Of a stretch of 64,000 bases of DNA, positions 47,563 through 55,997 are shown piece by piece. The notes below the pieces were generated by a model, which saw only the letters and a program-made list of their open reading frames with translations, searched no databases and was not told the origin of the DNA. Source of the stretch: a virus. Taxonomy: Duplodnaviria; Heunggongvirae; Uroviricota; Caudoviricetes. Every line of letters starts with the position of its first letter. Position 1 is the first letter of the stretch. A program made the translations under genes and the position numbers. The stretch lies in the IMG/VR virus record IMGVR_UViG_2675903313_000009. One strand, 5' to 3'.

Positions 47563-47982
47563 ATGTTTAGTGAACTGTTGCTTGAAGATGAACTGGATCG
47601 GAAAACAACAGAGGCTTTGATTCGTGTAGCGGACGAACATTCCCGGTCGCTTATGAGCGATCGAGAGGCTCGTCTGGCTATTCGTGCCATATTCGAAACT
47701 GCGCAGGGGCTTGTTGGTACACAAGTGGGTGAAGCCATTAACATCGCCATGTCTCAGTTCAGTGAAGGCAGTAAAAAGCCTCTGTTTCCTATGCATTTGA
47801 TGCTGGCTGGTGGCACGGTGCTTTATATCTCTGTTTGTCTGGATAGCAACCAAATCAATATTCTCAACACTGTGTCAGGTAAGTGGAAAGATCCGATTGT
47901 CTGTGAAACCAGTGAAGAAACTTTGAAAAAAGCGGCTCAATTTGTACGTAGCGCACTACTTAAGGGCGCTAAGAAGTTGTAA
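47563..47982 (+). CDS. hypothetical protein
   Basis: 139-codon ORF with RBS-like aggataaaaaATG. Confidence 0.5.
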   Translation: MFSELLLEDELDRKTTEALIRVADEHSRSLMSDREARLAIRAIFETAQGLVGTQVGEAINIAMSQFSEGSKKPLFPMHLMLAGGTVLYISVCLDSNQINILNTVSGKWKDPIVCETSEETLKKAAQFVRSALLKGAKKL

Positions 47983-47991
47983 GGAGTTCTG

Positions 47992-48549
47992 ATGACAACG
48001 ATTGTTGCAGGCATCGATATCGAGTCTACGGGACTGGATTTCCTTGCTGGTCATAAAATTATTGAAATCGCAATTACCCGCTATGAACTGGAGACACAGA
48101 GACATATTGATAGTCTGGAGATGCGTTTTAACCCTCGCAGAAACATAGATCCGAAAGCTCAAGCCGTTCATGGCATTTCATTGGAACAGCTCGCAGCTGA
48201 ACCTTTGTTGTCAAATCATGCCAGCGAAATTGGCGCTTATATGGGGGCATGTAGTGTGTGGGTTGCTCATAACGGCGAAGCATTTGATATACCATTTATT
48301 CGACACGAGTTTTCAGGGTATGGAGTAAGACTGCCAGAAGTTCCTGTTATAGATACTATGTTATCGGGATTGTGGGCCACAGAAGACGGTAAACGTCCCC
48401 GCCTTGAAGAGTTGGCCTTCTCTCTTGGCTTTATATACGATCATGCCAAAGCACATAGTGCCTTATATGACACAAACTTAATGATGCAATGCTTCTTTAA
48501 GGCACGTAATAAGTACGGATTTTTTAAATTACCCTCTGAAATTGTGTAA
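47992..48549 (+). CDS. DnaQ-like 3'-5' exonuclease (DEDDh)
   Basis: Exo I GIDIESTGLD, Exo II HNGEAFDIPFI, Exo III AHSALYDT. Confidence 0.85.
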   Translation: MTTIVAGIDIESTGLDFLAGHKIIEIAITRYELETQRHIDSLEMRFNPRRNIDPKAQAVHGISLEQLAAEPLLSNHASEIGAYMGACSVWVAHNGEAFDIPFIRHEFSGYGVRLPEVPVIDTMLSGLWATEDGKRPRLEELAFSLGFIYDHAKAHSALYDTNLMMQCFFKARNKYGFFKLPSEIV

Positions 48550-48555
48550 AACAAA

Positions 48556-48592
48556 AGCCTGCTTTAAAGAGAGTTTGAAGCAGGCTTTCTTT
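48556..48592 (+). terminator. rho-independent terminator
   Basis: stem gcctgctt/aagcaggc followed by tttcttttaaa. Confidence 0.65.
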
Positions 48593-48709
48593 TAAAGAAC
48601 AGTCGCCTTTCAATCATTTCCTGCCTGTATTTAATACTTTTCCGCCTGATAGGTTTAGTCAAAATGCAGCCATCGAAACGCAAATGTAACCAAACAGAAG
48701 GAGACTTAC

Positions 48710-49519
48710 ATGAGTTCGGTTGAAAATGTAATGACAAATGATGATCTGGACGAGCTGACAGCCATGTTGCAATCACTTGATGAACCAGTAAAAAAAGCTG
48801 CACAGGTTGAAAATACTGATGATATTGACGATCTGCTGCTCGGCCTAGATGCTGGCGTAGCCATGAGTTCTGATGATGTTGCCGAAGAACTGTTCAATGA
48901 AGAAAAAGCAGGTGATTTCAGCTCTACTTTAAATGAGTTGGAGTTAGCGCATGAGCCTATAAACGTAATTAACGCTGAAAGTGTTGAAGCTGCCGAAAAC
49001 GAGCCAGAACAATTGGGATTTATTGAGGTTGAAGAGTGTGTTGAGGTTAATGATGAATTAAAAGTTCAACAGTCAAATGATAGCAATACAAATAAAAAAG
49101 CTCGTACTGCAAGAGGTCCTCGTTTTACTTTAAGTGATAAAGATGATTCGTTTTTCAATAAAGCGGGCTTAGAAAAAGATATTTTCTTAGACGCTTACGA
49201 TAACGCGCCTGTCAAAGCAAAGGATAAGATATTAAACCTTCTTAATTGGTTTAGCGGAGGTCCAGATATTAGTGTTTACACGGTAATTTCCATGAGACAC
49301 CTTCTCACAGAAAAGAAGGCTACAAGTAATAGTATTAAGATTGCTTTAATGAGCAATCCAGAAAAACCGTATCCGCTTAACACTGCGTCAACTCAGGCTG
49401 GGCAAATGATGGCTGTATTTCCAGCGACAGGAATTGCCGTTAGAGACGGTGGAAATCTAACATTGAACGAAGAATCACCGATCGTTAAGAAGTTTGTCGC
49501 GGAGTACACTATTGGATGA
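48710..49519 (+). CDS. hypothetical protein with highly acidic N-terminal half
   Basis: 269 aa; first 110 residues dominated by D/E; immediately upstream of the Dam-like methyltransferase. Confidence 0.5.
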   Translation: MSSVENVMTNDDLDELTAMLQSLDEPVKKAAQVENTDDIDDLLLGLDAGVAMSSDDVAEELFNEEKAGDFSSTLNELELAHEPINVINAESVEAAENEPEQLGFIEVEECVEVNDELKVQQSNDSNTNKKARTARGPRFTLSDKDDSFFNKAGLEKDIFLDAYDNAPVKAKDKILNLLNWFSGGPDISVYTVISMRHLLTEKKATSNSIKIALMSNPEKPYPLNTASTQAGQMMAVFPATGIAVRDGGNLTLNEESPIVKKFVAEYTIG

Positions 49520-49702
49520 CGTTCCCCTACTTAAAATAAAGCCCATAGAGAGCTTTATAGTACTGGGTAAGCCAATCACATACCCAGCACCACAAAAACG
49601 CGCCAGAGAGCTTCTCGTTTGCATTTCTGGCGCGTTTTATTTGATTGCCAGACATAAAATCAAATGCAAAAATAGGTATATACTTACCTATCGAGAAAGA
49701 AG

Positions 49703-50296
49703 ATGATTGCAGCCGAAAAAATCAAACAGCGAAAGCGCGACAACTCTCTTCGTGACCTCTGGAGAACACCTGACTGGCTGTTTTCTGCCATTCAACGTTA
49801 TCTTGGAGTGACATTTGATGTTGACGTTGCCTGCAACAAGGACAATGCAAAGCTGCCTAATTTCATAGGCGTTGAGCGTGATGCTTTGAAATCTGAATGG
49901 GGACAGCCAGGTACAATTGCCTTCCTCAATCCACCCTACTCCAAAATCTACCCCTGGATTGATGCGGCTATACGTGAGCAGGCTCGCGGAGTTACAACAG
50001 TGATGCTAATTCCTCAATCCCTAGATACAAAGTGGTATGAGCGTGCAACAGAGTGTGCGAATGAGACGATTATTCTGTCTGGTGGCCGCGTAGCGTTTGT
50101 CGAACCTGACGTAAATCTGGGTCAGGTAGAAGTAAACATCAACCCAGGTGGCAGTATGCTCGTTGTTTTTCGAGGATTCTGTCAGGACGCTGGGCACTCT
50201 ATAAGCAAGATCCCTTTGGACGTCATGAAAAGTCTGGGAGGGTATGATCATGCGAATGTGATCAGGAAAAAAAGACCATCAAAGAAGGCTGCTTAG
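49703..50296 (+). CDS. phage-type DNA N6-adenine methyltransferase (Dam-like)
   Basis: catalytic motif FLNPPYS; about 197 aa. Confidence 0.75.
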   Translation: MIAAEKIKQRKRDNSLRDLWRTPDWLFSAIQRYLGVTFDVDVACNKDNAKLPNFIGVERDALKSEWGQPGTIAFLNPPYSKIYPWIDAAIREQARGVTTVMLIPQSLDTKWYERATECANETIILSGGRVAFVEPDVNLGQVEVNINPGGSMLVVFRGFCQDAGHSISKIPLDVMKSLGGYDHANVIRKKRPSKKAA

Positions 50297-50317
50297 TTTG
50301 TTCTGGCGTCTGTAATT

Positions 50318-50383
50318 AGCCTGCTTCTGTATATATAAATAACCACATATTAATTATTAATATACGGAAGCAGGCTGTTTTGT
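50318..50383 (+). terminator. long imperfect hairpin plus T-run; copy 2 of the conserved hairpin element
   Basis: arms agcctgcttctgtatat / atatacggaagcaggct followed by gttttgt; arms nearly identical to the 3915 element. Confidence 0.5.
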
Positions 50384-50481
50384 ATCAGAGACTCCAGACC
50401 TGAACATCACTACAGAATCCACTAGAACCCCTTCCCAGACGCTTTAAAATCGATTTTATGAACCACTTTAAGGAAACCAAC

Positions 50482-50712
50482 ATGTCATACCCGACTAATG
50501 TCGTTGCGCTCGTAGAGAGCGATTTTCTGGCCCAGGCTCGTGAAATGATGAAAGATCGTGAGCAGGCTTTCAACTTGTACGAATGGGCAATTAAGTGCTT
50601 GCATCTTGGCGAGCATCGCGAACTTGTTGAACAGCTTTTAGGTGAGTTGATCAATGAGGTGTTTGCCTTGAATGTTCAACTACATGGTAGAGAAAATAAT
50701 CAATCACAATGA
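50482..50712 (+). CDS. hypothetical small protein
   Basis: 76 aa; start context aaggaaaccaacATG; ORF open from 50458. Confidence 0.45.
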   Translation: MSYPTNVVALVESDFLAQAREMMKDREQAFNLYEWAIKCLHLGEHRELVEQLLGELINEVFALNVQLHGRENNQSQ

Positions 50713-50719
50713 TAGATAA

Positions 50720-51290
50720 GTACAAACTATTCATAAAGTGAATTGTAAGTGCTAAGATCTGATAGTTTCCAGTCGTAGACTGGAGACTCGACCTGATGGG
50801 TGGGGGTAAGCGTCACTGGCGTCAGGTTTAAAAAAGCTCACTACCAGCGTAGAACTGGTGCCGTTTAGGTGTCGGGGAAGGGGGAACCAAAGTGAGCAGA
50901 GACAAGGGTCACTTTATGATTGTCGAGTCTGGGGTGTTTCGAGAGGTTGAATCCAGTACTCCCCTTCATAAAGTGTGGGAAGATCTCGGTTCTGGGGTGC
51001 TGTCATCCATAACTTCCCAAGTCTAAGCTGGCAGTAGACTTAGACCATAACTTTTCAGGTTATGAAACGACCAGGTTGGTGAGAGATTTTTATACTCACC
51101 TCCCTGGGAGAGTATTACCTGAAAAGACAACCTCTCACTTCGTTCGAGGTGAACTTCACTCACTTCGTTCGTTCAGTTCAGGTTTATAAAAACCTGTTCT
51201 GGGAAGTAATTTGTTTATTTTAATAATTATTAACACGCACGCGTGTGCGCACGCGCGAGGAAAAATCGGCGCGGCGCTTGATTCAGGAGT
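50720..51290 (+). other. 570-bp structured noncoding region (candidate ncRNA or origin/packaging element)
   Basis: no credible ORF; G-runs, repeated tctggggtg, several local hairpins, tandem tcacttcgttcg repeat, 25-nt perfect alternating purine-pyrimidine tract at 51233-51257. Confidence 0.4.
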
Positions 51291-51294
51291 TTAT

Positions 51295-51885
51295 ATGACG
51301 ACGAAGACACCAGCCCGATCGCAAGCAAAAACTCGCAAAAAAGACAAAAACAAAAATTCTCCCCGCACCAATCCCACAACGCCTGTCGTAGAGTTCAATC
51401 CCCAGCTTAAAACCGTGAAAATCTTTAGTGATGGCTCTTGCCTTAAAAATCCGGGTGGCCCGGGCGGTTACGGTATCGTTCTCCAGTATCGTGGTGAGGA
51501 ACGCGAGTTCTCAGATGGTTTTCATAGCACCACCAATAACCGCATGGAGATGATGGGGGCACTTATCGGGCTGGAGCGTTTGAAATATCCATGCAACGTT
51601 ATTTTGCACTCTGATAGCCAGTATCTGAAAAACGGCATGACACAGTGGATGAAATGGTGGAAACGCAATGGATGGATGACTTCTGACAAAAAACCGGTAA
51701 AGAATGTTGATCTGTGGAAGCGTCTGGATGAGGCCGCAAGTCGACATAATGTTCGCTGGAAGTGGGTTAAAGGTCACGCCGGGCATCGTGAAAATGAAAT
51801 ATGTGATCGACTCGCGAAGATCGCAGCTTTTTCAGCAGCAGATATGCCTCACAAGAAAGATATTGGTTTTGTTTATAACAAATAG
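51295..51885 (+). CDS. rnhA: ribonuclease HI with basic N-terminal extension
   Basis: [38 protein letters not shown] parallel E. coli RNase HI; ORF open from 51211. Confidence 0.9.
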   Translation: MTTKTPARSQAKTRKKDKNKNSPRTNPTTPVVEFNPQLKTVKIFSDGSCLKNPGGPGGYGIVLQYRGEEREFSDGFHSTTNNRMEMMGALIGLERLKYPCNVILHSDSQYLKNGMTQWMKWWKRNGWMTSDKKPVKNVDLWKRLDEAASRHNVRWKWVKGHAGHRENEICDRLAKIAAFSAADMPHKKDIGFVYNK

Positions 51886-52033
51886 TAAGTAAGTGTTTAC
51901 CTATCATTTTAAATCATGTATCTTATCGGCGTCAGGATGACAATGTGTCGGTAAGACACAGTTCCAGGATGGAACGAGAAAGGCGGCTGGCAATCGCCAG
52001 CCGCAACTCTTTCTGACACTGGATGGAGTCCAC

Positions 52034-52528
52034 ATGGCACGTCAAACCTATTTCACTTCTGTAACTAAACGTCCTCGTTCTTTACGTCAAATTTTGGCCG
52101 AATTATTTAGCGGTCGTGTTATGTCACGTCTTGATGAACTAGAGACTACCGTTCGGTTGCTGAATGAACGTTTAGATAATCAAGCGTCAGTTGTTGCGAA
52201 CGTGGGGGCGATTGTTGCCTCTGGTTCTTCACGCGAAGCGAAAAGTACACGGCCTTTAGTGAAGGAGAAAAACAACAAGGACAGTTCGAATGGAAAATTT
52301 TCAAAGAAAGAGGCTGAAACCAATGGCCTACGTTCTCATTATAGTTTCACTGGCGACGGTAGCCGTTCCAGCCGGCCAGAGCCTTTTGATGCCGGGTTCA
52401 TCCATCACCACACCTCCGTCGACGACAATTACCACCACTCCAGTAGAGCGTCCTGTCACTCTGGATGGGATGACGGTGGATGCGATACCTCAAGTTCATC
52501 CGGTTACTCAGGATCATGCTGTGACTAA
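52034..52528 (+). CDS. hypothetical protein (3' part overlaps 52323-52541 in another frame; extent uncertain)
   Basis: N-terminal 95 residues look protein-like; C-terminal part low-complexity S/G/H/C-rich. Confidence 0.3.
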   Translation: MARQTYFTSVTKRPRSLRQILAELFSGRVMSRLDELETTVRLLNERLDNQASVVANVGAIVASGSSREAKSTRPLVKEKNNKDSSNGKFSKKEAETNGLRSHYSFTGDGSRSSRPEPFDAGFIHHHTSVDDNYHHSSRASCHSGWDDGGCDTSSSSGYSGSCCD

Positions 52529-52541
52529 GGCGGTTGTATGA
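52323..52541 (+). CDS. small membrane/secreted protein with Thr/Pro-rich linker
   Basis: ATG with agagg 9 nt upstream; hydrophobic N-terminus MAYVLIIVSLATVAVPA; ORF open from 52290. Confidence 0.35.
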   Translation: MAYVLIIVSLATVAVPAGQSLLMPGSSITTPPSTTITTTPVERPVTLDGMTVDAIPQVHPVTQDHAVTKAVV

Positions 52542-52726
52542 ACTGGTTTTCAAATCACTTTGGAAAAATTTGGCTGGCAATTCTTGCCCTCATGGCCGCC
52601 GGTTGGGTATCGAACATTATAAAACTTGTTTGCTCTGGCGATCTCCAGTTTCAGGCTGGCATGACCTTGGCTCGTGTAGTTGGGATTTTTGTTTTTCCAG
52701 TCGGTTCGGTACTTGGTTATTTCTGA
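52538..52726 (+). CDS. small two-TM membrane protein
   Basis: 62 aa, two hydrophobic helices; start overlaps the previous stop (ATGA). Confidence 0.4.
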   Translation: MNWFSNHFGKIWLAILALMAAGWVSNIIKLVCSGDLQFQAGMTLARVVGIFVFPVGSVLGYF

Positions 52727-52782
52727 CGGCTGTTAGTGCATATGCATTGACCATCTTTGCGTAAGCAATTTATGTAATTAGA

Positions 52783-52795
52783 AAACAACTTGTTT
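52783..52795. promoter_or_regulatory. O1 dyad motif (candidate operator) upstream of TerB-like gene
   Basis: agaaaacaacttgttttgac about 25 bp upstream of the ATG at 52820. Confidence 0.45.
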
Positions 52796-52819
52796 TGACA
52801 AATAATAAAAGGAAAACAC

Positions 52820-53245
52820 ATGTTAGGTTTCTTCAAAAAGAAAACTCGTAAAGCTGTTATCGAAGTCAAAAAAATGGAGAACCGTGATGCGGTTGAGGCC
52901 ACCGTGTGGGGCGCGTACATGATCTCCTATGCCGACGGCACATGTGACGCAAAAGAAATTGCCATTCTTGAGAAGACAATTGCAGCTCTGCCTGCGTTTT
53001 CTCCGTTTGCTGGTGAAATTGCCCAAATGAGCGCCAATATCCGTGCTCGTTACGAAGCGTCCCCTCGTTCTGCTAATGCACAGGCTATTCGTGAGCTGTC
53101 TGATATTGCGGGTACTCCAGAGGCGGTCGATGTTCTGTGTCTGTGCCTTGATATTGCCGATCAGGACGGCATTGGTGAACAAGAAGAGCAGGCACTGAAA
53201 AAGATCGCCCAGGCGCTTCAGTTGTCACTGGATGCTTATCTCTAA
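52820..53245 (+). CDS. TerB-like domain protein
   Basis: two ADG...E repeats (ISYADGTCDAKEIAILEK and DIADQDGIGEQEEQALKKIAQAL) typical of TerB-type domains; 141 aa. Confidence 0.5.
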   Translation: MLGFFKKKTRKAVIEVKKMENRDAVEATVWGAYMISYADGTCDAKEIAILEKTIAALPAFSPFAGEIAQMSANIRARYEASPRSANAQAIRELSDIAGTPEAVDVLCLCLDIADQDGIGEQEEQALKKIAQALQLSLDAYL

Positions 53246-53403
53246 TGCTTGAGAGATTCCGGCTTGTGATCGTCATTGCTCTTCTGGTGATGGCGGTGTT
53301 GGTGGATTTTACGGGAAAGATGATGTCTGTCATTTCTGATGGCGTCCTCATTGGTTTGGCGATCTACTTCGCTTATCCGTTAGTTCGTAAAGCAAAGTGT
53401 TAA
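53245..53403 (+). CDS. small membrane protein
   Basis: 52 aa hydrophobic ORF; ATG overlaps the TerB-like stop (TAATG); followed by a terminator. Confidence 0.4.
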   Translation: MLERFRLVIVIALLVMAVLVDFTGKMMSVISDGVLIGLAIYFAYPLVRKAKC

Positions 53404-53405
53404 TG

Positions 53406-53435
53406 ACAAGGGCCATTTGGCCCTTGTGTTTCGTT
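53406..53435 (+). terminator. rho-independent terminator
   Basis: stem acaagggcc/ggcccttgt followed by gtttcgtt. Confidence 0.65.
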
Positions 53436-53511
53436 GACCGAAATAGAGAGTTTGCACCTTTACGTTTAGCTTGCTCCCCTTTTATGCCACATCACAATAA
53501 AGCCAATAAGA

Positions 53512-53524
53512 AAACAACTTGTTT
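53512..53524. promoter_or_regulatory. O1 dyad motif (candidate operator)
   Basis: aagaaaacaacttgtttaag about 18 bp upstream of the ATG at 53543. Confidence 0.45.
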
Positions 53525-53542
53525 AAGCATTAAGGAAAACAC

Positions 53543-54109
53543 ATGTGCGAGAAATGCAAAGCAATAGCTGATGAACAAAACGCCCTATTCGAAGAAATGG
53601 ATGCTAATGAACTTGTCAAAATGTTAGGCATTGTTCGGGGAACAGAAGACGTTTCTATATTTGAGAGACTGTTTACAGTACTTAATTTTAATTCCACCTT
53701 TGAAGAGCCAACTCAGGTTGTAGCTTTGGCACACCATTTCGGTGTTCATTATCTTGCCGAAAAAGAGCGCGCTAATAAGTTGCAGGCGACTTTGGATATG
53801 GTGAGCGAGACTCAAGGAACCCATGACGGTAACAATAGTGAGACGATTATTGCCAGCAAAGATCGTGAAATTGCCGGACTTAAGTCTTCTCTAACGATGT
53901 TGATGTCTGCAATCAATCTTATGTCTTCTAAAGCGGGATATAAAATGCCATCACTAAACAGTGACGATCCAATGGCCGTTCGCCAGCTTTTGGGAGCAAT
54001 GGCCGACCAGCTTGATGATACGAAAAGTCGGCTTGAAGACATGATGCGGGAGCTTACGCATCGCCACGACTTGAATAAGCAACCGCACAAAACGCAATAC
54101 GCACTCTAA
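53543..54109 (+). CDS. hypothetical protein
   Basis: 188 aa; start context aaggaaaacacATG. Confidence 0.5.
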   Translation: MCEKCKAIADEQNALFEEMDANELVKMLGIVRGTEDVSIFERLFTVLNFNSTFEEPTQVVALAHHFGVHYLAEKERANKLQATLDMVSETQGTHDGNNSETIIASKDREIAGLKSSLTMLMSAINLMSSKAGYKMPSLNSDDPMAVRQLLGAMADQLDDTKSRLEDMMRELTHRHDLNKQPHKTQYAL

Positions 54110-54250
54110 TACTGCACCAGTCGACAGGGGGCGAAAGCCCCCATTTTTACGCCTTAAATCTGCTGTAACGCCTATGAATGCAGCTTTTATGCCTTTTCAA
54201 GTTTGCGATAATTACACCAATCAGAAAACAAATTATTTAATGGTGTAATT

Positions 54251-55936
54251 ATGAATACAGCCCTTTCCATCATCGACGATGCCAGCTCAAACACGGCTAT
54301 CGACTATCGTCAGGAAATGAATGTCATCCACGAAATCGTGGCCGAGTGCGAGAAAGAGATCGCCTTCATGTATCAGGTACACGACTTCGTTTATGGCGAC
54401 GAACGCCACAACATGATTAATCGCCTGCTGAGACTAAACCATCGACCAGATGAAGATCGCTCGCGTTTAAATCGAGGTTGGTTGGATAAAGTCGATCTGG
54501 AATGGGTGAAACAGAATATTTGGGCCGAGTACTGGAGGAAGGTCACGGACATGACTAACGTTTTGCTGATCATGCCAGCTTCCCGTCGAGATGAGTGGCG
54601 CGAGCAGTTTATAGAGGGCAAACAGGAAGTCATCAAAACTGACAGAACCGGCTACCAGATGAAGGTTAAAGAGTTCGTTGGTGTACCGGAGTTCAAAGCA
54701 GAAACGGTCATACCCACGATGCTTAATTTGCTGAATGACAGGCACAAATATCTCTCTGAGCGCGTGTATGGCTTGTTTAAGGCGCTGAGTCCTGCGCACA
54801 AGACAAATAAGACAAACGGTTTCAGCGAGCGTCTGATAATCGCTGACTGCATTTCTGATTTCTGGCGGGACAGCGTTAGCGTGAACTATCGCAAAGAGGA
54901 CTACATCGACGATCTGCGTGTCTTGCTTCATTTCTTCGCGCACAAAGAATTTATTACCATCAACCGCACTGCTGAGGTGCTATCAGCTGCGTATCGGGCA
55001 AACGACTGCCAGACCGGTGACTGGATGAACGTCGATGGAAATCTGATGCGCGTGAAGATGTTCAAGAACGGCAACGTTCACTTTGAAATACATCCTGACG
55101 TGGCCTGGAAGTTGAATGAGGTGCTGGCTTACAGTATGCCTGCTGCAATCCCCGCGCCATGCCGAACTGCGCCAAAAACACGGGCACCAAAGCAGTTCGG
55201 GTTAATCCAGAAGACGATCTCCGTGCCGGTTCGCACTGCGCTTCGTGACGGGCGATTGAGCAAAGACAAAGGCGTATGGTACTTCTCTGATTCAGCTCTC
55301 CAGAAGTCGCAGGTGGAAGAGCTTGAGCGCACACTGAGCTTCATTGGCGGCGTGCAGGAGAAAAAGCACTGGCAGTTCCCGTATGACATCGGCCATACGC
55401 TAAATACGATTGTGGCTACCGGTTTAATACCGGATACAAAATCACACCAGTTCTACCCTACCCCACGCTTGATTGCTGAGTACGTTGCAAGAGCCACTGA
55501 ATTGAAGCCTGGTGAGAAGCTGTTGGAGCCTCAAGCCGGACGTGGGGATCTTCTGGCCTATATAAACGCCGATCTGGAAGATGTTACCTGCATAGAAATC
55601 GCACCTCTCTTCGCTGATATCCTGCGTGGAAAAGGGTATACGAACACGATTTGCTGCGACTTCATAAAGTGGTCTGAGGACAACGCAGGTTATCAGTTCG
55701 ACAAAATCGTTATGAACCCGCCGTACTCGCTTGGTCGTCATAGAGAGCACACGCTGGCTGCGCTGGGGCATCTGAAAGTCGGCGGGCGTCTTGTAGCAGT
55801 ATTGCCGGGCACTGCGCCAATACTGGACTGGATGACGATGGATAATTACGTTTATGCCAGAGGGAAGTCGTTTACCAACGAGTTTGAAGACACAGGGATC
55901 ACAGTCAGCGTATACGTTTTCAAACGCGTTAAATGA
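54251..55936 (+). CDS. DNA N6-adenine methyltransferase fused to a large N-terminal domain of unknown function
   Basis: C-terminal region with FYPTPRLIAEYV, FxGxG-like LEPQAGRGDLL and catalytic NPPYS; about 400 aa of unassigned N-terminal sequence. Confidence 0.6.
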   Translation: MNTALSIIDDASSNTAIDYRQEMNVIHEIVAECEKEIAFMYQVHDFVYGDERHNMINRLLRLNHRPDEDRSRLNRGWLDKVDLEWVKQNIWAEYWRKVTDMTNVLLIMPASRRDEWREQFIEGKQEVIKTDRTGYQMKVKEFVGVPEFKAETVIPTMLNLLNDRHKYLSERVYGLFKALSPAHKTNKTNGFSERLIIADCISDFWRDSVSVNYRKEDYIDDLRVLLHFFAHKEFITINRTAEVLSAAYRANDCQTGDWMNVDGNLMRVKMFKNGNVHFEIHPDVAWKLNEVLAYSMPAAIPAPCRTAPKTRAPKQFGLIQKTISVPVRTALRDGRLSKDKGVWYFSDSALQKSQVEELERTLSFIGGVQEKKHWQFPYDIGHTLNTIVATGLIPDTKSHQFYPTPRLIAEYVARATELKPGEKLLEPQAGRGDLLAYINADLEDVTCIEIAPLFADILRGKGYTNTICCDFIKWSEDNAGYQFDKIVMNPPYSLGRHREHTLAALGHLKVGGRLVAVLPGTAPILDWMTMDNYVYARGKSFTNEFEDTGITVSVYVFKRVK

Positions 55937-55997
55937 TAGGTAAATACTTACTTAATTTATGTAAGAATGTAGTTACTAAACGATAAGAGAAAAACAC

